Below are positions 8,418 to 17,598 of a DNA stretch of 64,000 nt, piece after piece; within the stretch, counting starts at the first letter, position 1, and each line of letters starts with the position of its first letter. The DNA lies in the NCBI GenBank assembly GCA_021731165.1, contig JAKFXY010000012.1, forward strand, positions 10,717 to 74,716, given 5' to 3'. Under the pieces are notes generated by a model. That model was not told where the DNA came from. It did no database searches and worked only from the letters and a program-made list of their open reading frames with translations. Source of the DNA: Acidobacteriota bacterium (GTDB taxonomy: Bacteria > Acidobacteriota > Vicinamibacteria > Vicinamibacterales > UBA2999). A program made the position numbers and the translations under genes.

Positions 8418-9524
8418 CTACCGAATTTGAATGAGCGGAATCTTGCCCTTGTTGGCTTCGGCGCTCTGATGCGCGGCGATGGACACCTGGGCCGCCGTCC
8501 GCTCCGCCACCGTGAGAAACGCGCGGGCGGCCGGAGATGCGGAATCACCGATGACGAGCGGCACCCCGGAATCGCCGCCTTCGCGGATGGCCTGGTACAC
8601 CGGCAGCCGCCCGAGGAAAGGCACACCCATTTCGGCGGCCAGCGACTCGCCGCCGCCGTGTCCGAAGATGTCGGACTCGTGATGGCAGTTCTCGCAGGCA
8701 AAGTAGCTCATGTTCTCGACGATACCGATCGGCGGGATGTTCAGCTTCTGATACATCCTGATCGCGCGACGGCTGTCGGCAAGGGAGACCTTCTGTGGAG
8801 TCGTCACGACGATCGCGCCAGCCACCGGCACCGTCTGGCTCAGGCTCAGCGCCACGTCGCCCGTGCCGGGCGGCATGTCCACGATCAGGTAGTCGAGGTC
8901 CCTCCACGCGACGTCGCGAAAAAACTGCTGGACCGCGCTGTGCAGCATCGGGCCGCGCCAGATGATGGCCTGATCGTCCTGCGTCAGGAAGGCCATCGAC
9001 ACGATCTGCGCGCCGTATCGCTCGGCCGGCACGATACGCTGGCCGTCGGTTTCGAGCTGCGTGCCGCTGAGGCCGAGCATGATCGGCACGTTGGGACCAT
9101 AGATGTCGGCGTCGAGGATCCCCACGGTGCTCCCGCACTTGGCGAGCGCCAGTGCCAGGTTCACGGCCACGGTCGTCTTGCCGACACCGCCCTTGCCCGC
9201 GCCGACGGCGATGACGTTCTTCACGCCCGGCAGCGGCATCTTGCCCGCTCCGGGCGCCGACACCGACCGCACTTTCGCCGTGAGCTGCACCGTGACTTCG
9301 GCCACACCCAGCGCGCGCACCGCCGCCACCGCCTGGTCGCGCATCTGATCCTTGACCGGGCATGCAGGAGTCGTGAGCTCGATGGTGAAGGAGACCCGGG
9401 CACCGTCGATCACCAGATCCTTGACAAACCCCAGGGTCACGATGTCGCGGTGAAGGTCGGGATCAACGACGGCGCGAAGAGCGCCGAGGACGGACTCCCG
9501 GTCAGGCATCGTGGCGAGCATCAT
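8418..9524 (-). CDS. apbC: Mrp/NBP35/ApbC-type iron-sulfur cluster carrier ATPase with N-terminal DUF59-like domain
   Basis: Deviant Walker A GKGGVGKTTVAVNLA, a C-terminal CxxC (CENCHHE), and an N-terminal region VVDPDLHRDIVTLGFV. Confidence 0.9.
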   Translation of the reverse strand: MMLATMPDRESVLGALRAVVDPDLHRDIVTLGFVKDLVIDGARVSFTIELTTPACPVKDQMRDQAVAAVRALGVAEVTVQLTAKVRSVSAPGAGKMPLPGVKNVIAVGAGKGGVGKTTVAVNLALALAKCGSTVGILDADIYGPNVPIMLGLSGTQLETDGQRIVPAERYGAQIVSMAFLTQDDQAIIWRGPMLHSAVQQFFRDVAWRDLDYLIVDMPPGTGDVALSLSQTVPVAGAIVVTTPQKVSLADSRRAIRMYQKLNIPPIGIVENMSYFACENCHHESDIFGHGGGESLAAEMGVPFLGRLPVYQAIREGGDSGVPLVIGDSASPAARAFLTVAERTAAQVSIAAHQSAEANKGKIPLIQIR

Positions 9525-9637
9525 GTGATCTTATCGCGTTCACGCTGTCACGCCCCTCGACTTCCCTCGGAGCGCCCACAACAGGAGTCGAAGGACGGAA
9601 GGGCTCAGGCGTATTGATTATCGAGGCGACATCGGCG

Positions 9638-10027
9638 CTAGGACGCAGCCGCCGCGGGCTCGAAGAGGCGGCGTCCATCCTCGGTGAGCAATGTCCAGAG
9701 CGCATAGGCGCCCAGCGCCGTCCCGAACGGGAGCACGAGGAGATTGGCGACTGAGAGCCCGAGCGTCACGGCGCGCCCCCAGTGGTGGCGCCGATTCAAC
9801 AGGAGCGCCGCCCAGACGTGCGCGCCGCCCCAGATCAGGGCGAAGGTCCCCATGACTGCGAATGCCCCGGCCGTGAGACCGGCGGCCAGCGCCATCGGCT
9901 GCCCGTCTGGGCCGAGCAGGATGGCCAGTGCACCGGCGCCCAGCAGGAGCATCGAGAGTCCGATGAGCACGGCCAGCGCGCCCCAGAGGCGAACCAGAAT
10001 GCCGAGAATCGCGAGATGGCGCTCCAT
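9638..10027 (-). CDS. small integral membrane protein, unknown function
   Basis: Four hydrophobic helices. The likely ATG (MERHLAILG) is at 10027, 11 nt after the stop of the upstream DnaJ-like gene. The ORF track starts it at a TTG at 10042. Confidence 0.5.
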   Translation of the reverse strand: MERHLAILGILVRLWGALAVLIGLSMLLLGAGALAILLGPDGQPMALAAGLTAGAFAVMGTFALIWGGAHVWAALLLNRRHHWGRAVTLGLSVANLLVLPFGTALGAYALWTLLTEDGRRLFEPAAAAS

Positions 10028-10038
10028 CCGGTCGGCCG

Positions 10039-10494
10039 TCAATCAACGAGAATGCGGAGTTCGATTCGCGTGGCGGCGTCGTGGCGAGGCGCAACGGAGA
10101 AGTAGAAACGTGTGCCGTGGGAGACCCCGGCAGGCACACGCACCTGGACCTGATGCCGGAGGAACTCTGCACCACGTCCAACGCATCGTTCGCACGGGAC
10201 GGGCCACGTTTCACCGCGGCCGCCACAGGCGCCGCACGTGCAGCGCACCGACACGTCAAGCGGCACCGTGGCCCCATCGCGCGCCTCTCGACGTGAGAGC
10301 TGAACGGCCGCCGGCAGTGCCTCCGTACGCTCGTGGGCCACGAACGCGCGGCGCACACGATCCACCGCACGCGCCACGGAGGGAAAGTCAACGACGACTT
10401 CGTCGGCAAAACAGCATGCGTCGGGTCGGCTATCGTCGCCACCCCTCACCGCGACATGATGTCCGCCAATCGGTCGAAAAATACGCCGAACCAT
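10039..10494 (-). CDS. DnaJ-type zinc-finger / C-terminal-domain protein lacking a J domain
   Basis: CxxCxGxG repeats CTCGACGGRGETWPVPCERCVGRG are followed by a beta-rich segment (VQVRVPAGVSHGTRFYF). No HPD/J-domain is present. The start is uncertain: ATG 10494 (MVRRIF) or ATG 10524 (MGEPYG). Confidence 0.6.
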   Translation of the reverse strand: MVRRIFRPIGGHHVAVRGGDDSRPDACCFADEVVVDFPSVARAVDRVRRAFVAHERTEALPAAVQLSRREARDGATVPLDVSVRCTCGACGGRGETWPVPCERCVGRGAEFLRHQVQVRVPAGVSHGTRFYFSVAPRHDAATRIELRILVD

Positions 10495-10522
10495 TGAACT
10501 ATTGGTACCATAGGGTTCGCCC

Positions 10523-10699
10523 ATGGAGATGTCAATCGACGCGAAGGAATGTCCAATGTGCGGCGAGAGGATGCGGCTCGTCCCGCGCGAGGTCGTCGAT
10601 CGGATACCTGGTACCCCGAAGACCACTACGACCCGGTATCAGGAGTGGCTCTGCCCGGAGTGCGACTACTTCGAGGAAAGCGAGGGAACGGAGGGCTGA
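10523..10699 (+). CDS. unannotated 58-aa zinc-ribbon protein
   Basis: Translation: MEMSIDAKECPMCGERMRLVPREVVDRIPGTPKTTTTRYQEWLCPECDYFEESEGTEG. Two CxxC pairs are 31 residues apart. It is below the ORF-track cutoff. It reads as more protein-like than the antisense N-terminal extension of the 10039..10626 ORF. Confidence 0.45.
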   Translation: MEMSIDAKECPMCGERMRLVPREVVDRIPGTPKTTTTRYQEWLCPECDYFEESEGTEG

Positions 10700-10719
10700 G
10701 GAGCGGGACCGCCGGCGCG

Positions 10720-10965
10720 TCAGCGCGCGCCGAGGGTCAGCAGCAGTTCTTTCCTGAGGCTTTCGTCCATTTCTTCGAAGTTCATGGCGTTCTCGCACTC
10801 GTCACAGAGCAGCTCGAGTACGTTGGGACGTCCCTCTTCAGAGACCTCGACTCGTGAGTCGTCGAGGTGCACGACGTGCATCTGCAGCGTTTTCACGAGA
10901 AAATTCTGGTCGTTCCCACAACTGGGACACGTCAGCGCCAAGCGCGGCTCCTCTTTGATCGTCAA
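10720..10965 (-). CDS. 81-aa zinc-ribbon protein, unknown function
   Basis: CPSCG ... CDEC pairs. The TTG start is preceded by a strong SD (AGGAG, 7-nt spacer) and a TACAAT -10-like hexamer about 20 nt further upstream. Confidence 0.6.
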   Translation of the reverse strand: MTIKEEPRLALTCPSCGNDQNFLVKTLQMHVVHLDDSRVEVSEEGRPNVLELLCDECENAMNFEEMDESLRKELLLTLGAR

Positions 10966-11046
10966 CGGATACTCCTGAACTCCGATTGTAGGGGATGGGA
11001 TCCGCGGGGCGCAATGAAATAAGCGCCTATTCTCCCCTGTTTCGGA

Positions 11047-11262
11047 TCAATTTTCGCCTGGAACACCAAGGCGAACGACATTTCCGGCCTGATGACCGTG
11101 GTCCAGGCAGTGCGGACCCTTCACCTCGACCAACTCGAGTTCAACAATGGTTGGGCGCGCTCGGTAGACGCCGGCCACGCATCCGCACGGCATCGATTCA
11201 AGGGCGACAAACGACATCGACGAGGCCCCCGGCTCTCTCGACGTTGAATGGAGAGTGGTCAT
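11047..11262 (-). CDS. small Cys/His-rich protein (56-71 aa) immediately downstream of addA
   Basis: An ATG lies 5 nt after the addA stop (MTTLHS...), with an alternative internal ATG at 11217 (MSFVALESMPCGCVAGVYRARPTIVELELVEVKGPHCLDHGHQAG...). A CGC ... HCxxHxH pattern is present. Family not recognised. Confidence 0.4.
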   Translation of the reverse strand: MTTLHSTSREPGASSMSFVALESMPCGCVAGVYRARPTIVELELVEVKGPHCLDHGHQAGNVVRLGVPGEN

Positions 11263-11267
11263 ACCAG

Positions 11268-14200
11268 TTAGACTGCGCCGCCCCCGGAATGGTCCCTGCC
11301 CTCGCCACGGGCGTAAATAAGCCGCGCATCGACCGTCAAGCCGGGGAACATCTGCACGGCCGCTTGCCGGTACAGATCTATCTGTGCCCTGTGCTCTGGC
11401 CGTGGCTTCCCGGTCTTGAATTCCAGCAGCGTTATCCGGTCGCCTTGACGTACCAGACAGTCGATCGTGCCGCGAAGAAACTGGTCTCCGGTGCGCATGG
11501 TGAACGGAACCTCGTGCATGCGCTCGCCGGTCTCGTAGAGGGCCATGACATCCTCCCGCCCGCACAAGACCCGGTACGCATCCACGGATTCCTCGATAAA
11601 CGCCTGAAGGTCATTCAAGTCCCCGACTTCTTCCGGCCGCAACATGTGACGCGCCGCCATGCGAAGCTCATCGGGAGTCGCGTTGGGCCGCATGCCCACC
11701 CGCTGAAGCAGCCGGTGGACGAGCGTACCCAGCAAACGATCGGAGTCGGAGCCACTGCTGCGCCGTGACCGCGCAGCACCGACAGCGACCGCCGCGCCAA
11801 TCGTCAAACGTGGGGACGGTGACGCGGGGATGGGCGCAAAGTCAGTCTCTTCCGCCAAGACCGCGGCCGCGGGAGCCCTGGAGTCGATGGAAGCCTCCTT
11901 CCCCTCGACGCCGGTGGAGATACGAAAGTGATGCACCGTGCCCGACGCGGCCTGCCATTGCGCGAAGCCTTCAGCCTCCGCGGCTGAAGCCGCGGCGGCG
12001 AAGCGCTCCAGCAGAGGAGGTGGCAGGACCTCCGCGAGGCTGCCACGGCCTGGCTTCATCCGGCCGTCCTTGAGGGCCGAGCCCAGGTACAAGCGGTCGC
12101 GCGCGCGCGTCAACGCGACGTACAGCAGCCGCTTGGTCTCCTCCCGCGCCTTCCCCACCGCGTCGTCATCAGCCGCCGATTCAAAATCACCGACGGCCAC
12201 CGACGTGCCCTCGTGGTCGTCGGACACGCGAATCGCGTCGCGGCGGCTGCCCGTGCCGCGGGACAGGTTCACGAGGAAGACGACGGGAAACTCGAGACCC
12301 TTTGATGCGTGCACGGTCATCAGGTTGACGGCATCGAGCGCGTCAATCGACGCGTTCGACTCGTCACCGATCGCCAGACGGTCGAGGTGCGCGGCGATGC
12401 GGCCCAGCGTGGCATAGCCGCGGTTCTGGATCCGCCGGACAAGAGCCCGCACCTTCTTCAGATTCTCGCGCGCCTGTTGGAAGCGGCGTCCACGCATTTC
12501 CAGGGCGTATGCCGACTCCGCGAGGACGACATCGAGCAACTCGGCCGGCGGGATCCGGTCCACGAGGCCACGCCAGCGTCCAAAGGCCTCCCGCGCGGCG
12601 GCGAGGGCCTGCCGGTCCGGCTCGTCGAGCAGCGGCGTCGCCCCCGGCCCGGCCGCGGAGCGCATCGCCTCGGCGAGCCGTGGAGCCAGCACGCGCAGCC
12701 CTTCGTCGGAGATCCGGACGAACCGTGAGCGCATGACCGCCGCCGCGCGGAGATCGGACTGCGAGTCCGCAAGGTACCAAAGGAGCGCGAGCACGTCCTT
12801 GATCTCATCGGCGTCGAAGAAGCCAAGCCCCTTGTATACGTACGCGGGAATGCCGCGGCGCTCGAGGGCATCCTCGAACGCCCGGTGGCTTTCGCGCGTG
12901 CGAAACAGGAGGCCGATGTCTCCGGGGCGGATCGCGCGATAGACACCGCTCTCGCGATCGCGAACGGCGGCCCCCGACTCAATCAGTCGTGAAATCTCCA
13001 CCGCCGTGACCTCGGCGCAGGCGTCGGGCGTCTCCGCCACGACGATCCCCAATGCTCCAGTCTCTTCCCTCACACCGGCGCCAGAGGACACGTCGAGCGG
13101 AAAGCGGTCCTGCTCGTCGTACTCAAACGCATCGGCACGAGCGGGTGCCTTGTCGATGTCCTCGCACACATCATTGACGAATGCCAGCAGGGCTGGCACG
13201 GACCTGAAGCTCCTGGAAATGGCGCGGCGCACGTCGCCCTCCGGACGCAACGCGTCGAGATAGCGCGCGGCCTCGTGCAAGAGCGAGACATCCGCGTCGC
13301 GGAAGGCATAGATCGACTGCTTCCGGTCGCCGACGACGAAGATCGACGGGGGAAGCGGCCCGCCGTACGCGGCCCCCTCCCCTGCGCCCCATGACTCGAT
13401 GAGCAGCGCAACCAGTTCCCACTGGGCCCGGCTCGTGTCCTGGAACTCGTCCACCAGGAGGTGGTGATACCGCGATTCGAGGCGATAGCGGCTTTGGGAA
13501 AACTCCTCGCGCCGGCGCAGCAGCTCCAGTGCCCGCATGAGCACGTCGGAAAAGTCGAGCACGGCACGGGCATCGAGCGTGTGCCGGTATTCCGTTTCGG
13601 CAATCGCGTACATCCGCGACGTCCCGTGCGCCACCAGGACATTCAGGTCGCGCCGATACGCCTCGGACACGCGCAGGATGTCGGCCGCGTGTGCGAGGAC
13701 AAGGTCTCGGTGCCGGCCCCACGCGGGCCCAACCGGAAAATCGGCCTTCTTGTACTGGAGCTTCTTTCTGACCTCGCCCTCCTGGGTCAGGAAGTGGTCC
13801 CGTGCGTGCGTGAACGTCGCACGGACCGCCACGGGGTCAAGCGCGGCGCTGGACTCCATCGCAACCGTCAAGCGGCGGAGGCCGCGCGCGAGGAGCACGA
13901 ACTCAGGCCGCGCGGGGCCAGCGTGAATGAAGCCCTCGAGGCCGTCCTGCATCGCGTCGAACACCTCGAGCAGCGCGGCCGCGGCGCGGCGGACGACAAT
14001 CGCAACAGTAAGATCGCGCGGCCCGGCGGTCAGGTACTTCGCGAGCACGGCCGGCGCGACCAGACGGCGCTGCAGCAACGCGGTCAGCCCGAGGCGTGCC
14101 CGTCGTTCGCCCAGATGCGCGAAGACGAGGGCGACCCGCTCATCCTCCTGTGCGAGGCCACGACAGATTCGCATCGCACGATCGAGTGCCTCGTCCACCA

Positions 14201-14618
14201 GACGCGGGACCTCTGTTTCATCGGCGAGCGAAAAGCCAGGGTCGAGATCGGCCTCGAGTGGAAACTCGCGCAGCAGCGACAGGCAAAAGGCGTCGATCGT
14301 GCTGATCGCGATGTCGCTGGTCCGATCCCGGAGCTCCCGCCAGCGTGCCGCCGGAATCTCTCCCCGCTCGGCTGCCGCCCTGAGCGTGGTGACGATGCGC
14401 TCGCGCATCTCGGCGGCCGCCTTCCGCGTGAAGGTGATGGCGAGGATGTTCGAGGGATCGACGCCGAGACGCAGCAGGTTGACATAGCGGTCCACGAGCA
14501 CGCGCGTCTTCCCCGTACCCGCCGACGCCTCGAGCACCACATTGAAACGAGGATCGACCGCGCGTGCGCGCCCCTGGCGGTCGCGTTCGGCGATACGGGC
14601 GTCCACGGCCGATGACAT
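11268..14618 (-). CDS. addA: AddA-type UvrD-family helicase / PD-(D/E)XK nuclease
   Basis: Walker A LEASAGTGKTRVL and UvrD motifs (ITFTRKAAAEM, VDEFQDTS). C-terminal nuclease motif GTIDCLV...LLEFKTGK. The start is taken at MSSAVD (ATG 14618, SD GGGGAG), not at 14951. Confidence 0.9.
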   Translation of the reverse strand: MSSAVDARIAERDRQGRARAVDPRFNVVLEASAGTGKTRVLVDRYVNLLRLGVDPSNILAITFTRKAAAEMRERIVTTLRAAAERGEIPAARWRELRDRTSDIAISTIDAFCLSLLREFPLEADLDPGFSLADETEVPRLVDEALDRAMRICRGLAQEDERVALVFAHLGERRARLGLTALLQRRLVAPAVLAKYLTAGPRDLTVAIVVRRAAAALLEVFDAMQDGLEGFIHAGPARPEFVLLARGLRRLTVAMESSAALDPVAVRATFTHARDHFLTQEGEVRKKLQYKKADFPVGPAWGRHRDLVLAHAADILRVSEAYRRDLNVLVAHGTSRMYAIAETEYRHTLDARAVLDFSDVLMRALELLRRREEFSQSRYRLESRYHHLLVDEFQDTSRAQWELVALLIESWGAGEGAAYGGPLPPSIFVVGDRKQSIYAFRDADVSLLHEAARYLDALRPEGDVRRAISRSFRSVPALLAFVNDVCEDIDKAPARADAFEYDEQDRFPLDVSSGAGVREETGALGIVVAETPDACAEVTAVEISRLIESGAAVRDRESGVYRAIRPGDIGLLFRTRESHRAFEDALERRGIPAYVYKGLGFFDADEIKDVLALLWYLADSQSDLRAAAVMRSRFVRISDEGLRVLAPRLAEAMRSAAGPGATPLLDEPDRQALAAAREAFGRWRGLVDRIPPAELLDVVLAESAYALEMRGRRFQQARENLKKVRALVRRIQNRGYATLGRIAAHLDRLAIGDESNASIDALDAVNLMTVHASKGLEFPVVFLVNLSRGTGSRRDAIRVSDDHEGTSVAVGDFESAADDDAVGKAREETKRLLYVALTRARDRLYLGSALKDGRMKPGRGSLAEVLPPPLLERFAAAASAAEAEGFAQWQAASGTVHHFRISTGVEGKEASIDSRAPAAAVLAEETDFAPIPASPSPRLTIGAAVAVGAARSRRSSGSDSDRLLGTLVHRLLQRVGMRPNATPDELRMAARHMLRPEEVGDLNDLQAFIEESVDAYRVLCGREDVMALYETGERMHEVPFTMRTGDQFLRGTIDCLVRQGDRITLLEFKTGKPRPEHRAQIDLYRQAAVQMFPGLTVDARLIYARGEGRDHSGGGAV

Positions 14619-14649
14619 CGGCTCCCCGTCTTCGAAAGGATGTTTCGGA

Positions 14650-17598
14650 CTAGTCACCGACGTAGTCCTTCCGACACACCGATGCGAAGGCGCAATAGCC
14701 GCAGATCGTCGGATCGTGCGGCCGCGGCGGAAACTCGCCGCGGCCAACGCCATCGACAACGTCAAACAGCCGGCCGCGAGCCGCCGCGAGCACGGCAGGC
14801 GCGTCGCTGCCGCCGCTGCGGATCGCGGGAGCGAACGAACGTGTGCCGGAGAAGGCGACGTATGCCGCCTCGTCAACCTCCCATCGGTTGCCGTCGCGGT
14901 CGTTGAGCCGCTCCTGGGCGCAGAGCGCGTAGATCGGGACCTGCAGGGCACGCTTGATGCTGGGCGCGCGGCCGGACTTGTAGTCGATCACCCGGAGGCG
15001 ACGGCCCTCCAACAGATCAACGCGATCGGCGACGCCTTTCAGCGACACGCGGCGTCCGTCCTCGCCACCGAGCGAGAACTCCCCTTCGAGCGTGTACTCG
15101 AGCCAGCGCTCCAGCACCGCGGCCGGCCGCGAGGCCTCGATCCCCAGCACGACGTCCGCAATCCCGATGGAGATCGCGGATCCGAACAGCCGCATACGCT
15201 CGATCGCGGCGTCGGCATCCGGGAGCCCCCCGAGCATCGGCTCGGCGACGTCGCGAAACATCTTGCGCGCCTCGTCGAGGTGGTCTGCGGTGATCGTGCC
15301 CGTCCCGGATCGGTCCCACGCGTCGAAGAACCGCTGGAACACCTCGTGGATGAACCGCCCGCGCACTCGCGGCGACAACGCGGTTTCGTCCTCGGGTGTC
15401 TCCTCGAGGTGCAAAACGTATTGGGAGAAGAACTTGAACGGACACTCCTGGTACCGCTCGAGCGCGCTCAACGAGAATGCGCGTGGGACGTGGCCAGTGG
15501 TGAAGCCCTTGAATTTCCGGTCGTCGCTGCGTGGAGCGCTGAGCCGCCACGCGGCCTGCCGGCGTGCCCCCTCCGGCAGCTGGTCCGCCATCACCGGTTC
15601 CAGCCCCAAGGCCTCGTACTCGAAGATGCGAACCACCCGGGGATCCGCCACGACCTGCGGCAGCCCGGCGGCGGCAACTTCGTCGAGTAGCGTCGATCCC
15701 CCCACCACCGCATCGTCTTCGAGGGAGAACGAGGAGACGGTCAACGCCGACGACGGCAGACGCAGCAGGTCGGCAAACGCCGCGCGGTGAGCGTCAAGAC
15801 GCTCGGACTCCAGCGGCCAGCCGAGCTGCTGCAGCACGGCCGGCGAATAGAAGACGTTCCGCCTGGGGCGTTCCGGCCATTCGCCGTCCACGAGACCGGC
15901 GAGCTGCACGGCGCCGAAATCGCCAAAGCGGGCGCTCTCCGCGTCCACGACGTGGACACCTGAGTCACCCGTGCGCGGAGCGAAGGTGTGAGCTTCGATC
16001 CAGCGCCGAATGAGCGCGGCGACGGCCTCGAACTCCACCGGCGCGGGGTCAAGATCCCGATACGCGTCGCGGAGCGACACGAGGATGTTGCCGACGCCGG
16101 CGCGGGCACGCAGCTGCCGCGTGCGCAACGGATCGTCGGGGCCAGGCAGGTTCTCGTGCGCCGCAAGGAACGCCATCACACAGGAGAGGTGAGCGGAGAC
16201 CGGCGCGCGCGCCCGCAGCGGGAGGAGCTCATGTGCCAGCTCGCTCAGACACTCGGCCGCGGGCAGTGCGCGGGCGACACGGCTCCGTTCACTGTCCGAT
16301 GCCTTCCAGCCGGCGATGAGCCGCTCGAGGGCGTCCACGTCGCCGAGATATCCTGCGTCACCGAGGGCCCGATCGAGCGCGGACACGTGGCCGCTCCGGA
16401 TCGGCGCGTCGCCCCGGACAAACCTGAAATGCGGTGACCGAAGCAGCGCGACCGCAGGTACGCGCTCGTAGTTGTCGCTGACCGCCGCGCACACGAGGTC
16501 GAGTGCGGCCGCGTAGGGCTCGGCGGCCAGCGGCAGTGCGTCGAATGTCTGGCACGGCAGGCCCGCCGAGCGAAGCACCTCACGGGCCAGGTACACATAG
16601 GGCAGCGGCTGGCGGACGACGAGCGCCACGCGATCGAGCGAGGCGACTTCACCTGACCGCAGCAGCTCGCGCGACCAGCGAGCGAAGCCGGCCAGTTCTT
16701 CCTCGCGGTCCCGGGCCGGCGTAGTCACCCGCAGCACCGGCTGCGGACACGGAGTCCCCCCCTCGAACCTCACCTCCTCGATTCCTGGGAGCCACTGGTG
16801 AATCCGCTCGTGAAACGCGCCGGCGAGCGTCGTGTCGGTCACCACGAGGTCAATCCGCTCGAGGCCTGGCACGCGCGCGACGAGATCCCAGTCGGCCGGG
16901 AAGAGGCCGTGCGAGTCGCGGGCGCGATCGGCAACGGCCAGTACGAGATGCCGCCAGGGTCGTACTGCCGCGGTGTCGATCGCGGCGGCGCGCATCGTGT
17001 GTTCGTCCACGCATCCACGATCGCCGCATCGCCGCTCGAACGCCCGGAACGCGCTCACGAGAAACCGCGTTTGTCTGACGAGCCGCGCCGCCCCGCGATC
17101 GACATCGGCGCCGGGCTCGAGCATGCCAAGTGCCAGACGCTCGAAGGTGTCCACGTCCTTCTGGTTCCGGCGCAGGGCATCGTAGAAGCGAAGGATCTCC
17201 GCGACGAGTCCAGGCCGCAGGTGAAATGGCGGGTCGCTCCCTTGGTCGATGGCCTCGCGGCACGCAACGCCGAGCAGCACTTCACGCTCGGCAGGGCCGA
17301 GCACGGCGCCGCCCGATGGAAGACGCTGGAGAAATCGCTCGGGCAACTCACCGGCGATGATGAAATCGGGAAGGAGCAGGGCGCTTGTCTGCCCCGCGGC
17401 TTCGGTGACCGAGACAGGCGGAGAGAGTCGTCGGTCCTCGATGGCGCGCAGCAGGTGCGAGGCCGCGGCGCGCGTCGGCAGCACGACCAGCCGGTCACGC
17501 ACGATGTCCGGGGTGTCGCACGCGAGCGTCACGAGCGCATCGCGAAAACAGCCGAGGTCCGGCGTCCGCACCAGCCGCGTGACGCGGGGCGTGATCAC
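14650..17598 (-). CDS. addB: AddB-type PD-(D/E)XK nuclease subunit with Fe-S cysteine cluster
   Basis: C-terminal RVIDYKSGR nuclease motif and CGYCAFASVC cysteines. The N-terminal helicase-like region is degenerate (no Walker A). The GTG start at 17598 overlaps the upstream stop (GTGA). Confidence 0.85.
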   Translation of the reverse strand: MITPRVTRLVRTPDLGCFRDALVTLACDTPDIVRDRLVVLPTRAAASHLLRAIEDRRLSPPVSVTEAAGQTSALLLPDFIIAGELPERFLQRLPSGGAVLGPAEREVLLGVACREAIDQGSDPPFHLRPGLVAEILRFYDALRRNQKDVDTFERLALGMLEPGADVDRGAARLVRQTRFLVSAFRAFERRCGDRGCVDEHTMRAAAIDTAAVRPWRHLVLAVADRARDSHGLFPADWDLVARVPGLERIDLVVTDTTLAGAFHERIHQWLPGIEEVRFEGGTPCPQPVLRVTTPARDREEELAGFARWSRELLRSGEVASLDRVALVVRQPLPYVYLAREVLRSAGLPCQTFDALPLAAEPYAAALDLVCAAVSDNYERVPAVALLRSPHFRFVRGDAPIRSGHVSALDRALGDAGYLGDVDALERLIAGWKASDSERSRVARALPAAECLSELAHELLPLRARAPVSAHLSCVMAFLAAHENLPGPDDPLRTRQLRARAGVGNILVSLRDAYRDLDPAPVEFEAVAALIRRWIEAHTFAPRTGDSGVHVVDAESARFGDFGAVQLAGLVDGEWPERPRRNVFYSPAVLQQLGWPLESERLDAHRAAFADLLRLPSSALTVSSFSLEDDAVVGGSTLLDEVAAAGLPQVVADPRVVRIFEYEALGLEPVMADQLPEGARRQAAWRLSAPRSDDRKFKGFTTGHVPRAFSLSALERYQECPFKFFSQYVLHLEETPEDETALSPRVRGRFIHEVFQRFFDAWDRSGTGTITADHLDEARKMFRDVAEPMLGGLPDADAAIERMRLFGSAISIGIADVVLGIEASRPAAVLERWLEYTLEGEFSLGGEDGRRVSLKGVADRVDLLEGRRLRVIDYKSGRAPSIKRALQVPIYALCAQERLNDRDGNRWEVDEAAYVAFSGTRSFAPAIRSGGSDAPAVLAAARGRLFDVVDGVGRGEFPPRPHDPTICGYCAFASVCRKDYVGD

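Noticed and set aside
14619-14951. Extension of addA to 14951 and of addB to 17808
   Set aside because: The extensions overlap the preceding genes and look like high-GC read-through. UvrD homology starts at MSSAVD. addB has a GTG at 17598 overlapping the upstream stop.
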